This document shows, one piece after another, positions 1 through 12,000 of a DNA stretch of 64,000 nucleotides. The stretch's first letter is position 1. Each line of letters opens with the position of its first letter. Both the position numbers and the translations under genes were made by a program. This DNA comes from a virus. Location of the stretch: the IMG/VR virus record IMGVR_UViG_3300030107_000800, positions 14,501 to 78,500 of that record. One strand, written 5' to 3'. The notes beneath the pieces are model-generated. The model did not search any database, was not told the DNA's origin, and saw only the letters and a program-made list of their open reading frames with translations.

Positions 1-3000
1 AAGTTGGAAAGAATAGACTGGATAGAACTCAATAATTTGATCTCTTCTTCCAAATCTATCTTCTTGACCACTAGCATTTTCTACTCTATTAGAAGATGTT
101 ATGACAGAAGAAGTAGAAAGATCTACAATTGGACTCAAATGAGACACAGTAGACGAGAGCCACATTTTATAAACCAATGAATTAGATACATTGTTCATAG
201 TTTCATTGATCTTAGAAGCAATAAACTTCTGATTTGTAAAATAATGAGACTCATTTAAGAATGTCTTCTCATAATCTGTTTGAGAATAAGAAGTATAATT
301 GGTTGTTGTAGAGTCTACTGGTATTACATTAGTAGTCTTAACCCAACTTTCTAATTTAGTTCCAGTAAATGTTAGATAACTTACTTGTGGATATAAAGTT
401 TCAAACTTTCTATTGTAACTAGCATAAGTTACATCTCCACCACCAATAGTATTACCTGCTGCTTTAGAAGTAGAAGTAATATTATAAGTGTCAATACCAG
501 AGTTTGTTACTTGGAAGAGAGTATTATTTAAAATATCTGCTGTTATACCACCAGTTTCTTTTGCATCTCTATAGAAGACGTAAGAATCACCACCAGTTTC
601 AAATCCATTATCTCTATGATGTACTCTTAATACACTGTTATTATTCTTGAATAATTTTGCAGTAGCAGCTGTACTTGCACCAGCATTTGTTTCAAATGGA
701 TTACTATCAAGTAATTCATATCCAAGACTCTTATTCTTAAGAAGTAACTCAGCAGGTCTTGTTATATCAAATTCTGCACGATAAACTTTAAACTTAAGAT
801 CCTCAAATATATCTTCTGTCCAGTTATCTACGTTTTGTGATCGGTATACCGAACCTAATGAAGGTTGAGTCGTGATAGTTGTACTTGTTGATATGTCGGT
901 TTCCCCTAAACGAGATGCCCACATTTCATAATCTACAGAATCAGTCTCTGCTGTTAATGCATACTCAGTATCATTCTGTAAATATACAGGATAATCAAAT
1001 GCAAAGTGTGTAGGTGTTGTAGATTCAGTAACTCCTACTTCATCTATTGCTACACCCATACTAACTGCTGGAGAATCAATATCAATAAATGTTTCAATCT
1101 CACATCCACCTGCACCATTACCAACACCTTTAACTACAACAGATGGTGGTTCTGTATATCCATAACCATTAAGAGATATTTCTGTATTATAAACTTTACC
1201 ACCAGAAACTTCTATACGTGCAGTAGCAACTGATCCACCTGGAAGTTGAGGACTTTCAATAGTAAGAATAGCACTATCATAATTAAGTCCTGGGTTAGTA
1301 ACTCTAATATCTGATAACTTACCACTATCCTTAGCAATAGTTAATTTTATTTCTGTTCCTTCAGTAGCATTTGCTAATGTAACAGATGGAATAGATAGAT
1401 CTTCATTCTGTTGGAATGAACGTCCATTATGATTACTTAAAACAAGTGTATAAACTTGTTCATTAGTTAGAGAAAACTTACCAGAAGCAGATGCAACTAG
1501 ATCAACACCATTCTTATCAATTACTTTAAGAATAGGGCCACTAGCAGCAGAAGATGTACCAGTTACTTTCTCATCTTTATATACTGATGCATTACCATTA
1601 GTATAACATTTAAGGAATGTATTTGGTGTTAAAGTTTTCTCTGTACCAGGAATAACATTCTTACCAGGTTTATCACTATCTACATTAGTTAAGTATACTT
1701 TAACAGGGATATTACTACTCTTCTTATTAAAGAATAAATCAACTCCAGTTGCAAATACACCACCTTCATAATTCTCAACTTTAAATGTCTGAGCAAGAGG
1801 ATTAGGTCTAATTGGATTGTCTGTATTACTATCAACTAATTGAACACCTTCATTTGCTTTGAAGTATGCAGGTTTAGTTGAAACAATACTAGATGGATTT
1901 TCTGGAAGAATACCTGTAGCATAATATGTAACCTCTGCATAACTATCTACTGTTGCTTTATCTTCATCAGTAGAACTAGAAGTAAATCTTATTGTCTTAG
2001 CACCAGTAGTGATTCTTATCTCTTCTGCTGTTGTGTCATAATCAACAGTATCAACATCTCCAGGCCAAGTAGCATTTTCTCTTGGTGGATTACCAGCAGG
2101 AAGTAAAATTATTCCACTAGCATTACCATATTCATCAGTAATAACTTCACCATTAAATGCTGATAATGAGTTACCAGCAATACCAGTAAATCTAAGGTCA
2201 GGGTTAACCCAACGATTAACATTTCTACCTTCTAAGAAAACATTAATCTTAGTATTTGGTTTTAGTCTTCTTACAGCAAACTTAATAGGAGTACTCTTAG
2301 CAAAGAATTGTAATGCAGTAGATACAAGATTTCCTCTTACACTCTTAGTTTGTAGTCCTTTTCCAACATCATTATTTTGAGGACTGATATTAGAAGAACT
2401 TGAAACAGATGCTAAATTAATTGATGATTGAGCCTCTTGTGTATTAACTGTTCCTAATGAATTAATAGAACTAAATGATGGAGCAGAACCAACCCAGTTT
2501 ACAACAAATGAATTATGTAAACTAGAGAAACTTTCTTTAATACTTTCCTTAGCAAGGAATATTGTGTATAAGTTAGTATTTGTATCAACAACTAATGGTT
2601 CTACACTTTGATCATACCAAGTATTAACACTAGGTGATATTTCACTATCACCAACATATTGAATAACAACAAATGGATTTGGATTTAATTTCTTAGATGC
2701 AAAATCATTTCCTAAAAGATCTAAATGTGAATATGGTAAAGTAATAATATCACCAGACTTCTTATATCCAGAAACAGATCTTTGATCTTCTCTTGTATTA
2801 ACTTCTACTAGAGATACAGAATCTTCTTTCGACTGTGGCCTTAGAACAGACTGTTGAGTATTAATAGAACAATTATAATCTAATGATGATAGATTACCAA
2901 CTTGATGTGCCTCAAAGTTATCAACAAAGAATCCACTCTTAAAGCGATCCATACCAATCTCATCCTTGACCTGCATGTTCAATGCCTGTTGCTCAAGAAT

Positions 3001-6000
3001 GCTTAATGTTGTGTAATATTCTAAACGATCAATACGTTTCTCCAACTTACCAATATCACGCATTGTATAACGCTTATTGTCAACAGGAGTAATTCTTACA
3101 TCCTTACTTGTTGTAGTATAAGCAGGAATATAAACATAGAATAATGATACAGCATCATCTACAGGATCTGGTTTTGATGGGTTAAGAGAAGAATTACCTT
3201 CCTTAATGAGAAACTCACCCTTCTTATTGAGAAAGACTCCATCAATACGATCTAAGTATTGAACCTGACTGAATGAGAATGTATATTCTAAATTAGTATC
3301 TGGAGCAGGAGTAGAAGCAACTACAGAACCAGCACCAGCAAATTGACCAGCTGTAACTTCTAATGAAGATACATCTTGGAATCCAGCAATAATTGCATCA
3401 TTATCTACCTTTGGTCTAAAGTCAATAACATTCTTAAGTTGTAATATTCCATGAACAGATGAGTTGAAAGAAGGAATTTCATCTTCTGTAACACCTGCTT
3501 CATGTAAGTAACTATCAATAGTACAGAAATCACCTTGTGATTGCTCGAAGTAATCAAAAGCAACTACTAATTGTCCTGTAGGTTGCTCGAATCCTGGCTT
3601 GAGAACAATTCTTGAAACGTCGTAAATCGTATCTCTTTGACCATTATCGAAGGTGAACCTGTTAGTAACGTCAGTACCACTAATAAGATTACCAGCACTA
3701 TCAACTTCAGGCGGTTGTGATGTTGATCCTTCATATACATATCTAAGTTTGTATGCATCAGAATAAGATAATATTTCTACAACTTCAGTATCATAACTAG
3801 TTCCTCTAAGTGGAACTACACGATCACCTGAAGAATCAATAACAATCCTCTTATTCTTAATTGCTGTCTTAAGTCTTGGCTTAGCATTAATAACTTCAAG
3901 TGTAGCAGTTAATTTTAATGTTGGGAATGTTCCATTAGATGCAATACTACCAAAGTAATTAGATGGTAATTGAAGACTAATACTACCAGAAGTAAGGCCA
4001 CTAGCAGTATCAGTAGCAGAAGTTACTTCGACAGAATCAGCAGGAACATAGATTATATCACCATTTGAAATATCAGTTGAATCACCTTTGTTTAATACAG
4101 TAATAATAAAGTTACTTTCAGAGAAAGTAGCAAATCTTTGTGTTCCAAATGGTAATTGTGCAGCGAATGTTACAGTACCACCAGATGTAGAAGCAGTAGT
4201 AACAAAATCTCTACGGAAGTAATACTTAATTTTACTATCTTCAGTACCAGCAGATATCTTCTCTACTTGCTTACTTCCAGTTGGGAATAATAATGTTCCA
4301 GAGTTTGAATTATTAACTTTAGGACGTAACCTAACAATACTTGTATTAGTTACATCACCAGGTAATGCAATATCAAGATATATACGAGTCTTAGCAGATC
4401 CTTCTTGTTTAGTAGCATATTGAACTACTGCACGTACAAGATTGTTTGCAGAATCTGAGAACTGTACTAAATCTCCTTGTTGTAATAAAGGAGCAGCATC
4501 AGCACTAAAACTAGTAGACTCTACAAAATTGTATCCTTTGCTACCAAAGAATGTAAAATCTGTTACACTCTTAATTTCTGAAAAATCTTGACTATCTACA
4601 ACAATATCAGCACTGAATGTATTTGCATTTCCAGATCCATATGAACATCCAACAGACTTAACATTCTGTGGTGTATATGTTGTTACTGCATTCCTATTTA
4701 AAACAGGAAGTATATTAGCAGCAGTACTTGGATTACCAGCACCACTTGGGTTCTTGGCAACTATAACTGGTGGTTGAGCATATTCAACATTAACAGCATT
4801 TCTATTAACTACTTCTACTTTAAGAACATTACCAGCAGGATTCTTAGTTACAAGAATCTTAGATGGATCATATTCAACACCATTAACAACAACAGTAACA
4901 CCATCTGCATATCCAACACCTCTATTGTTAACAATGAAATGAGATATTGTATTATCTTTAGCAATCTTAATTGTTACTCCACCTTCATCTCTAATCGTCT
5001 CACCAGACTGGAATCTACCAGAGAGCGTCTTAATGAACAAAATCCTACCAGTAGTATAAACACCAGAAGGAGCACCTTCTACGACACCATAAGCACCACT
5101 GTTGATGCCATAGACATACTTACCTTCATCAAATCCTGTTACTGGGACAGATTCTAATAAAATCTTAGTAAAGAATTGGGGATCAAAGTACGATAGTCCA
5201 AATGTACTATTATAAGAAGCAGTACCTTCAGAAAGACGGCCTTTAGATAAAACAATATCAGAATCAGAATTAAATCCTAATCCTCTCTTATGTAAGAAGA
5301 AGTTACTTGGTTTTACCTTACCTATAACAGGAGTAACTGTTTCACCATAATCTACAATATGTCCTAACTCATTATTATCATTTTCAGCATCACTTGCAGA
5401 TAAGAATAACTTTCTACGATTATTTCCATCTCCAGCATCATATTCTGTTAATAATAATTCTAATTCATCTTTAGAACCTTTAACTGTTAGTTCTAAGAAG
5501 AATACAGAATCAGAAGAATTAACAAGTGGCTTATTAACTTTAGCATATGCTAATGATGTAATAGAACTAGTAGCAGTTGGACTTCCACCACCACTTCTTG
5601 ATTTAACAATATAAAGAGTACCAAGACTACTTTCAAATGTTCCATCTGTAATGGAAGTTATAGTTGTAGTAGCATTAGTTATAGCAATACTAATAGTTTT
5701 TACAGCATCATTAGAACTGAAAATAGTACCTCTCTTATTAAGAGTTTGTCTATGATCAGTTGCTAATTCAGTTCCATTTAATCCTATAGAACCATCATTA
5801 AAAGTAGAATATAAAAATACGTCAGGATATGCAGTAAGTTGAGATCCTTCTTTATTAAGTGGTACACTACCAAATACATTAGATACATTAAATGTAGGTA
5901 GACCTTTAGTTTTTAAAGTTACATTATCACTAGAGAGACTTTCTCTTGCTTTTTGAATATCTAAGTACTTAGTCTCTTTATTGACAATTTCATATCCCTT

Positions 6001-7149
6001 AATATATGCTTTACCTGGACCAATACTTGCAACCATCTTCTTAGATGCATCAGTTGCTGATTGGCCATTAAAAAGTCCAAATTCATCAACAGCATATATT
6101 CCTTGATTGCCATCCTTCTGAGCATATTCTCTAATATCAATAGAAAAATCTCTTACAACATAATCACCACTCTCGTCATATGTTCTACGAGCAAGTGTTT
6201 GTTCTAAGAGATTATAATTTGTTGGTGATATCTTCTTCTGTACAACTCCTCTTGAAACAGTGAGAAGTTGAATAAAATTCTTATCTGTAATTGCATTAAG
6301 AGCAAACTCCTTAAGAGTAAGAGATATCTTTAATCTATGTCCACCTGGAGCAGTATAGTTAGATGATCCTATTGCATTATCATATAGAGATGCATCCTTC
6401 TCAGGAGTTATAATATCTTCTACAATATTAAATCCAACCTTTGCAGATGGTTTATTGTAATACTCATCAATAACAAGCAATCCAGCGTCGTTACGGACAA
6501 AGTAACCATTAATGAAGTATATACCTTCTTCTACCTTAACAGCAGATCCATATCCCATTGCAGGACTCTCTAAAGAAGCAACTTCACCTGTATCAGGATT
6601 AGTTACTTGAATACTCGTAGGAAGTACACTACCGTCTGTACCTACCACGAGTAAAGGAGTATTTACACCATCAACAACTTCCAGAGTTTCACCTTGTCTG
6701 AAAGTTGGTTCAGTATTTGAGTTACCACTGTTTAAGTAATTAACATAAACTGTATCAGCAGTTGCTTCAGTTGCTAGTTTAGTTGTTAATACAGTACCAA
6801 TAACACCAGAAGTTAGACCTTTCAACTGCTGACCAACTAGCTGAGAAATGTCGTACTTTTTATAAACTATATTACCTGCACCATCGTTAACTGCTACCTC
6901 TGAAACAGATGATAGTTTAACGTAATCTAATTTCGTATTTAATCCTACTTCACCAGGTATGACAAGTTCACCCTGTTTAAAGGCATACTTACCAAAACTT
7001 TCTACTTGGTTTTGTAGAATAGATTGTAATTGAGTTAATTCCCTTCCTTGGATTGAATATCCAGGTCGAAAGAGAATTTTATAAAAATTCTTACTACTGT
7101 CAAAGTCCTCGTAATAAGGAGCTACATTTAAGTTGGTCTTCTGTGGCAT
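1..7149 (-). CDS. Large virion structural protein, VrlC/DUF4815-like (3' end outside window, >2,380 aa)
   Basis: ATG at 7149 reads MPQKTNLNVAPYYEDFDSSKNFYKILFRPGYSIQGRELTQLQSILQNQ, an N-terminus typical of this cyanomyovirus protein after gp8. Its absence from the ORF track fits a frame with no stop before the window edge. Confidence 0.85.
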   Translation of the reverse strand, partial: MPQKTNLNVAPYYEDFDSSKNFYKILFRPGYSIQGRELTQLQSILQNQVESFGKYAFKQGELVIPGEVGLNTKLDYVKLSSVSEVAVNDGAGNIVYKKYDISQLVGQQLKGLTSGVIGTVLTTKLATEATADTVYVNYLNSGNSNTEPTFRQGETLEVVDGVNTPLLVVGTDGSVLPTSIQVTNPDTGEVASLESPAMGYGSAVKVEEGIYFINGYFVRNDAGLLVIDEYYNKPSAKVGFNIVEDIITPEKDASLYDNAIGSSNYTAPGGHRLKISLTLKEFALNAITDKNFIQLLTVSRGVVQKKISPTNYNLLEQTLARRTYDESGDYVVRDFSIDIREYAQKDGNQGIYAVDEFGLFNGQSATDASKKMVASIGPGKAYIKGYEIVNKETKYLDIQKARESLSSDNVTLKTKGLPTFNVSNVFGSVPLNKEGSQLTAYPDVFLYSTFNDGSIGLNGTELATDHRQTLNKRGTIFSSNDAVKTISIAITNATTTITSITDGTFESSLGTLYIVKSRSGGGSPTATSSITSLAYAKVNKPLVNSSDSVFFLELTVKGSKDELELLLTEYDAGDGNNRRKLFLSASDAENDNNELGHIVDYGETVTPVIGKVKPSNFFLHKRGLGFNSDSDIVLSKGRLSEGTASYNSTFGLSYFDPQFFTKILLESVPVTGFDEGKYVYGINSGAYGVVEGAPSGVYTTGRILFIKTLSGRFQSGETIRDEGGVTIKIAKDNTISHFIVNNRGVGYADGVTVVVNGVEYDPSKILVTKNPAGNVLKVEVVNRNAVNVEYAQPPVIVAKNPSGAGNPSTAANILPVLNRNAVTTYTPQNVKSVGCSYGSGNANTFSADIVVDSQDFSEIKSVTDFTFFGSKGYNFVESTSFSADAAPLLQQGDLVQFSDSANNLVRAVVQYATKQEGSAKTRIYLDIALPGDVTNTSIVRLRPKVNNSNSGTLLFPTGSKQVEKISAGTEDSKIKYYFRRDFVTTASTSGGTVTFAAQLPFGTQRFATFSESNFIITVLNKGDSTDISNGDIIYVPADSVEVTSATDTASGLTSGSISLQLPSNYFGSIASNGTFPTLKLTATLEVINAKPRLKTAIKNKRIVIDSSGDRVVPLRGTSYDTEVVEILSYSDAYKLRYVYEGSTSQPPEVDSAGNLISGTDVTNRFTFDNGQRDTIYDVSRIVLKPGFEQPTGQLVVAFDYFEQSQGDFCTIDSYLHEAGVTEDEIPSFNSSVHGILQLKNVIDFRPKVDNDAIIAGFQDVSSLEVTAGQFAGAGSVVASTPAPDTNLEYTFSFSQVQYLDRIDGVFLNKKGEFLIKEGNSSLNPSKPDPVDDAVSLFYVYIPAYTTTSKDVRITPVDNKRYTMRDIGKLEKRIDRLEYYTTLSILEQQALNMQVKDEIGMDRFKSGFFVDNFEAHQVGNLSSLDYNCSINTQQSVLRPQSKEDSVSLVEVNTREDQRSVSGYKKSGDIITLPYSHLDLLGNDFASKKLNPNPFVVIQYVGDSEISPSVNTWYDQSVEPLVVDTNTNLYTIFLAKESIKESFSSLHNSFVVNWVGSAPSFSSINSLGTVNTQEAQSSINLASVSSSSNISPQNNDVGKGLQTKSVRGNLVSTALQFFAKSTPIKFAVRRLKPNTKINVFLEGRNVNRWVNPDLRFTGIAGNSLSAFNGEVITDEYGNASGIILLPAGNPPRENATWPGDVDTVDYDTTAEEIRITTGAKTIRFTSSSTDEDKATVDSYAEVTYYATGILPENPSSIVSTKPAYFKANEGVQLVDSNTDNPIRPNPLAQTFKVENYEGGVFATGVDLFFNKKSSNIPVKVYLTNVDSDKPGKNVIPGTEKTLTPNTFLKCYTNGNASVYKDEKVTGTSSAASGPILKVIDKNGVDLVASASGKFSLTNEQVYTLVLSNHNGRSFQQNEDLSIPSVTLANATEGTEIKLTIAKDSGKLSDIRVTNPGLNYDSAILTIESPQLPGGSVATARIEVSGGKVYNTEISLNGYGYTEPPSVVVKGVGNGAGGCEIETFIDIDSPAVSMGVAIDEVGVTESTTPTHFAFDYPVYLQNDTEYALTAETDSVDYEMWASRLGETDISTSTTITTQPSLGSVYRSQNVDNWTEDIFEDLKFKVYRAEFDITRPAELLLKNKSLGYELLDSNPFETNAGASTAATAKLFKNNNSVLRVHHRDNGFETGGDSYVFYRDAKETGGITADILNNTLFQVTNSGIDTYNITSTSKAAGNTIGGGDVTYASYNRKFETLYPQVSYLTFTGTKLESWVKTTNVIPVDSTTTNYTSYSQTDYEKTFLNESHYFTNQKFIASKINETMNNVSNSLVYKMWLSSTVSHLSPIVDLSTSSVITSSNRVENASGQEDRFGRRDQIIEFYPVYSFQL

Positions 7150-7184
7150 GGTATTATCGCCAATACTAGCATTCTTATCTCTAG

Positions 7185-7192
7185 TATTTAGC
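7185..7192 (-). promoter_or_regulatory. T4-type late promoter variant (GCTAAATA)
   Basis: Intergenic, about 35 nt upstream of the ATG at 7149. Confidence 0.6.
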
Positions 7193-7206
7193 GACTTTTA
7201 CCAAGA

Positions 7207-9021
7207 TCAGAACTCGATAACTAGTTTGATATCTTCAATCTGGTCAGGAGCACGAGTAATTAGTCTTCTGTTCTCAATGTAGATCACATTACCTGAGTTA
7301 TTCTCAATCTCAGGAGTTGCAAGACCTGAAGCGAATGTAGAACCTAATAGTGAGTTACTATAACTAGTATCTACATTACCTGATCCAGCAGATTGTGCTC
7401 CACTAACAGCATTAGAACCATTACTCTCAAATGCTCTTACAACACCAGTATCAGTGTGAGCATCATTTGTTTGGATGTACTTAAGAACACCAGCAGTTGT
7501 TGAACCACTATCAAGTGTCCAAGAAACTACAGTTCCTTGTGCAGTACCACCTGTTACAGTTTGAGAGATTGTTTCATCAGGAATAAAGTCAGCAGTTGCT
7601 CCAGTAATCTTAAGTGCTTTTAGGCCACTAAGAGTATCAGCAGTAGCAAATGTTGTTGTTCCAAACTCATATGGATCCTGAATTATACCAATACGACGGA
7701 AATCGTTATCTACTGGGAAGTCTCCAGAACCTTCAGCATATGTTAGACGAATATTTGTCATAACACGCTTACCATTAAGTTCTGTCTCGTGGTCAGAACC
7801 ATGTCCACCTTGAGGTGAAATGATTGCTTCAATAGCACCAGTTGCAGTTGCACCAGTTGCTACACCACTAGAAAGTCCAGCATCACTGAATAGGTTACCA
7901 TTACCTAAAAGAACGTTAGCATAGGTATAACCTGTTCCAGCAGTCTGTATTTCAGCAGATGTAATAGATCCAGATCCATCAGTTACGAACTTAACAACTC
8001 CGTTAGATCCGTCTCCTTTAAGACCTGTATAAAGTGTCTGAGAAGCAGGGAGGTTTGCTCCAGCATTCTCGATTAAAGCTACATGTACAGCACCAGCAAC
8101 AGCAGCACCAGTTACGGCAGTACGAGTTGCATCAGCAGGAAGTACGATAGGCATGAAGTCAGAAGAAAGGAACTTCAGAACATCATCTGTTGGAATCGTG
8201 TACATATACTTCCAAATATATCCAGCACCAGTACTCTCTGTATAAAGACCTGTACCAGATGCATAGTTACCACCAGTTGTGGTAGGCTCTTCAGTAGCAT
8301 TCTGTCCTGTTGCGTTTGAAGGATCTTCTCCATTATAGAGACACTTGAATACTTCATATGAAGAGTTCATTACATAGAACTTGGCATCAGCAATAGATGT
8401 TGCACCAGTTGCAGTTGCTTTACCTATTTGACCACCACTACCAGGAGTAGCAGAATAGTCAGGCTTCCACATATCAAACTTAGGGTTGGCAACCAAATCC
8501 CAGTTATAACGACGGATTACTGTACGAGCATATGCATCGTTAATTCTCTTAGCTGCGATAATCTCATCATAGAGATTAACTTTTTCAGTTTGGTTGTCCA
8601 GTGGTAGAGGTGGCACATCCTCTGTTGCATAACGATAAACGCCTGAAACTGCTGTAGCACCTGTGTCAGATCCACCTGATCCACCAGTTCTACCTTTAAG
8701 AGTAGATCCTAGAGTAGGAGCAGAGTTAACACCAGATGCACCAAAGATGTCGGTAAGAAGAAGTGCATTGTCATAAACAACACTAATCGTTCCACGGAAC
8801 GCTGTTGATCCATACGTACCAACGTATACTTCATCTCCCACATTAAATGCAGTAGAATTTTTAGAGTGTATCTCTACATATGCCTTCCATGCTTGCGGAC
8901 GACCTACAAAGAAGTACATTCTTGTTCTTTCCGCAGAGGTGGCGTTAGGGCCTTCACTCAGGGATTCTAGGAACTGTTTCGCGTTGAATATCCTAAATTT
9001 ATCAGAAATAATAGCAGCCAT
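7207..9021 (-). CDS. gp8: Baseplate wedge protein gp8
   Basis: MAAIISDKFRIFNAKQF start, FYVMNSSYEVFKCLYN and GYIWKYMYTI motifs, C-terminal QIEDIKLVIEF; follows gp7. Confidence 0.9.
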   Translation of the reverse strand: MAAIISDKFRIFNAKQFLESLSEGPNATSAERTRMYFFVGRPQAWKAYVEIHSKNSTAFNVGDEVYVGTYGSTAFRGTISVVYDNALLLTDIFGASGVNSAPTLGSTLKGRTGGSGGSDTGATAVSGVYRYATEDVPPLPLDNQTEKVNLYDEIIAAKRINDAYARTVIRRYNWDLVANPKFDMWKPDYSATPGSGGQIGKATATGATSIADAKFYVMNSSYEVFKCLYNGEDPSNATGQNATEEPTTTGGNYASGTGLYTESTGAGYIWKYMYTIPTDDVLKFLSSDFMPIVLPADATRTAVTGAAVAGAVHVALIENAGANLPASQTLYTGLKGDGSNGVVKFVTDGSGSITSAEIQTAGTGYTYANVLLGNGNLFSDAGLSSGVATGATATGAIEAIISPQGGHGSDHETELNGKRVMTNIRLTYAEGSGDFPVDNDFRRIGIIQDPYEFGTTTFATADTLSGLKALKITGATADFIPDETISQTVTGGTAQGTVVSWTLDSGSTTAGVLKYIQTNDAHTDTGVVRAFESNGSNAVSGAQSAGSGNVDTSYSNSLLGSTFASGLATPEIENNSGNVIYIENRRLITRAPDQIEDIKLVIEF

Positions 9022-9051
9022 TTAATTTACCGACGTGTTTTGTGCCAAAGT

Positions 9052-9065
9052 TATTTATATTTATA
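9052..9065 (-). promoter_or_regulatory. Two overlapping T4 late promoters (TATAAATA x2)
   Basis: tatttata at 9052-9059 and 9058-9065 between gp7 and gp8. Confidence 0.8.
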
Positions 9066-9069
9066 CAGA

Positions 9070-12000
9070 TTATGTGGGTTCAAACGGGATAATATCCTCT
9101 CCTGCATTAATAGAGTCAGGCCCAGAGAAGAGAGTGCATCCCTCAAAGGTTGTTGCAGTCTTACTTGTGTATTGAATTACAGTACCACCAGATGTAAATA
9201 TGTATCCAGCAGCAGGGAAGTTGTCAGTCATTGCTACAACTATAGGACCACCAATAGTACCAGTAGATTGAGATATTGCAACAGGATTTTGAATAGATCC
9301 ATTTACAATTCTCCAGTACTGGCCAGCAAGTGTCCACGCGGACAATCCTCTCATCTCAAAGTCTTGGATACCCAATGATGGATAATGTATATCCAATTCT
9401 TGTAGTGTTGTACCAGATACATTAGTGAATCCAACATCCCATCCAGAGATATCAAAATGATTCAATGTATTACCAACATTAGTAACAATATAGTCACCAA
9501 TATAGTCTTGTGTTTTTCCAAATACTAAGTTAGTAACATCAACTATTCCACCACCTCTTTGTACAACATCATAATCATCTGTAATATCTACAGATCCTGT
9601 ATGAACAGTACTAGTTGCAATTCCTCTTGTAGGAACTGGATCATTGATGAATGCTTCTTCAACATATTGATCAATAGCACCAGAAGCAGGTGGTGTTAAT
9701 ACAACTTCTGTTTGTGTTGTACCAGGACTTGCAATTGATTGAGTAATAGTGATCTCTGATAGTACATTTGTACTAATTGATACATCAAGTATCAAATCAG
9801 TCGTAGTAGTCTCAGAAGTAGACTCAATCTTAGCAACTCCAGCAGGTGCAACAGATATACGTTCTGGAACTTGACGTAAGAATGTTCCAGCAGCCCAGAA
9901 CTTAGCAGTCGTATCTTCTTGGCCTCTTTGAACCATATAGAAACGATCAGTCAACTTACGATAGTAACGAACTACCTCATCACCAATTAATAGATATCCA
10001 CTATTAGAGAATTTCCATGTATCTGGAATGTATATTACTTCATCAGCAATATCAGTATCAACGTTAGTATAAGCACCAACCTGATAGTAATTAATATTAT
10101 CTAATGAAGTATTATCAATATCAACAGTGAAGGAAGAAGTTATTTGCTTACTTACTGTTTGAATAGAGTTGAGAGATACAATATCCTGAATTGCAACATT
10201 AGCAATAGATGGTTGAGCACCACTACCTGCTGCACCACCAGACTCAATAACTAGAGGATCAGGTTCAATGAAAACAATTTGACTATTATCTGGTTGTTCA
10301 GTTCCAGCTGGCATATCAAATCCAGATTGTCCTTCTGCAATATTATCGGTATCAATCTGAATCTCTGCTTCAATATCAGGAGTAACTGATTTAGGACTCT
10401 CAAATGCTGTACTTGTGAAAGTAGAAATATTCTGAACCTGAGTACCAAGGATAGTAATATGTGCAGAAGATGTCTGAGTTTGAGAAACATCAACTTTAGT
10501 AACACCAATCCTTTGTGTAATAACAATACCAATATCTCTTTCAGCTAAGATGTCATATCTTCTTGCAACCACTACCTGTGGTGCTTCTGTATAACCAGAT
10601 CCACCATCAAGAAGATCAACACTAATAACTTGTCCTTTACTTACTAGAGCAGTTGCTCTAGCACCACCACCATTACCATTCTTAGGAATGAAATGTAGTA
10701 TGGGTGGTGTTTCATACTGATATGCAGTTGGTTGAGTTAAAGGATCATAACTACGTTGATTCCATTCTAACTTAGTAACAGATCCATTCTCAATAGTGGC
10801 CACTACTGAGAGTCCTTCACCTCTTGTAGTACCATTATATCTCTCAACTTCGACTTGACCAAAGTGTGATGTAGAAACTGGTTCACCAGCTCTCTGTTCT
10901 TTACTGGTTGTACTTCCAGGAAGTTTCTTAATTGCTCTGAATCCTTCCTCACCTTCAATTCTAATCTTATCTAAGTTAGAAATACCTATAAATGGTTGTC
11001 TATAATTCTTACCTAATAAAGTACCAGACCATATAGAGTTCAAATCTGATAGAACTGCTCTACCATCAACATCTGCTTCATATACTACACCTGAACCAGA
11101 TGAAGCAAGAGTAACAGATGTATTAATGTTATACTTTCCACCTACAGCAAATACAACAGGTAATGTTTGATCAATTTCTGCTTTTGGTCCTGTTGCTGTA
11201 AACCTGACCATATCATTAAGTCTAAAGAAATTAGAAGCAATACCAATAATTTTCTTTATTCCACCTACCTCTTGGTAAGCATGTACTGGTAATCCAATTG
11301 AATCTCCCATCCAACGGAATCTAAGAAGATCATCTGCTCCAGCAGTAGTTTCTAATGTTACAACACCTTTAGCATAGTAACTATCAGGGTTGAAATCATA
11401 TATGTTTAATACTTGACCGACATTTCTACCATATAGGTATCTCATGTCAATTTTTGTTGCACTATTGATAGGAACATTAAAGTATATGTTAGGCCCAGCA
11501 ACAGTATAACTATATCCCTCTCTTTGTAATATTCCATCAACAAATACATAGAGGAATTCTTTCTGTTCAATTGTTTGAACAGTCATATCCTCAACATCTA
11601 AGATAAGGAAAGGACCAGACTTAACATTATCAACTAAGTTATAGTCAATAGTTAAACGTTTATAGTTAGCAACACCAATACCACTAACTTTCTCAATAGC
11701 AGTTACTTCACCTAAAGTTTTTGCTCCAAGATCCTGATCACATATAGGAGCAACATCAAATATTATTTGGTTTGGTATTACAGATCTATTGATATAATAA
11801 GCATCAGCACCAGGATAAGTTTCAGTATACTTAGGTCTCTGTAATACTGCGTTAATAGTAAGGAATAGATCTTCATCTACTTCAGTATCTACTGCTGTAC
11901 TATCATCCCAATATAATTCAAATATCTTATTCTCTCCATCAATAAAGTCTGGAAGAGATCTAGTAGTAGAAACTTCATTAATTAAAGTATTAACATTAGC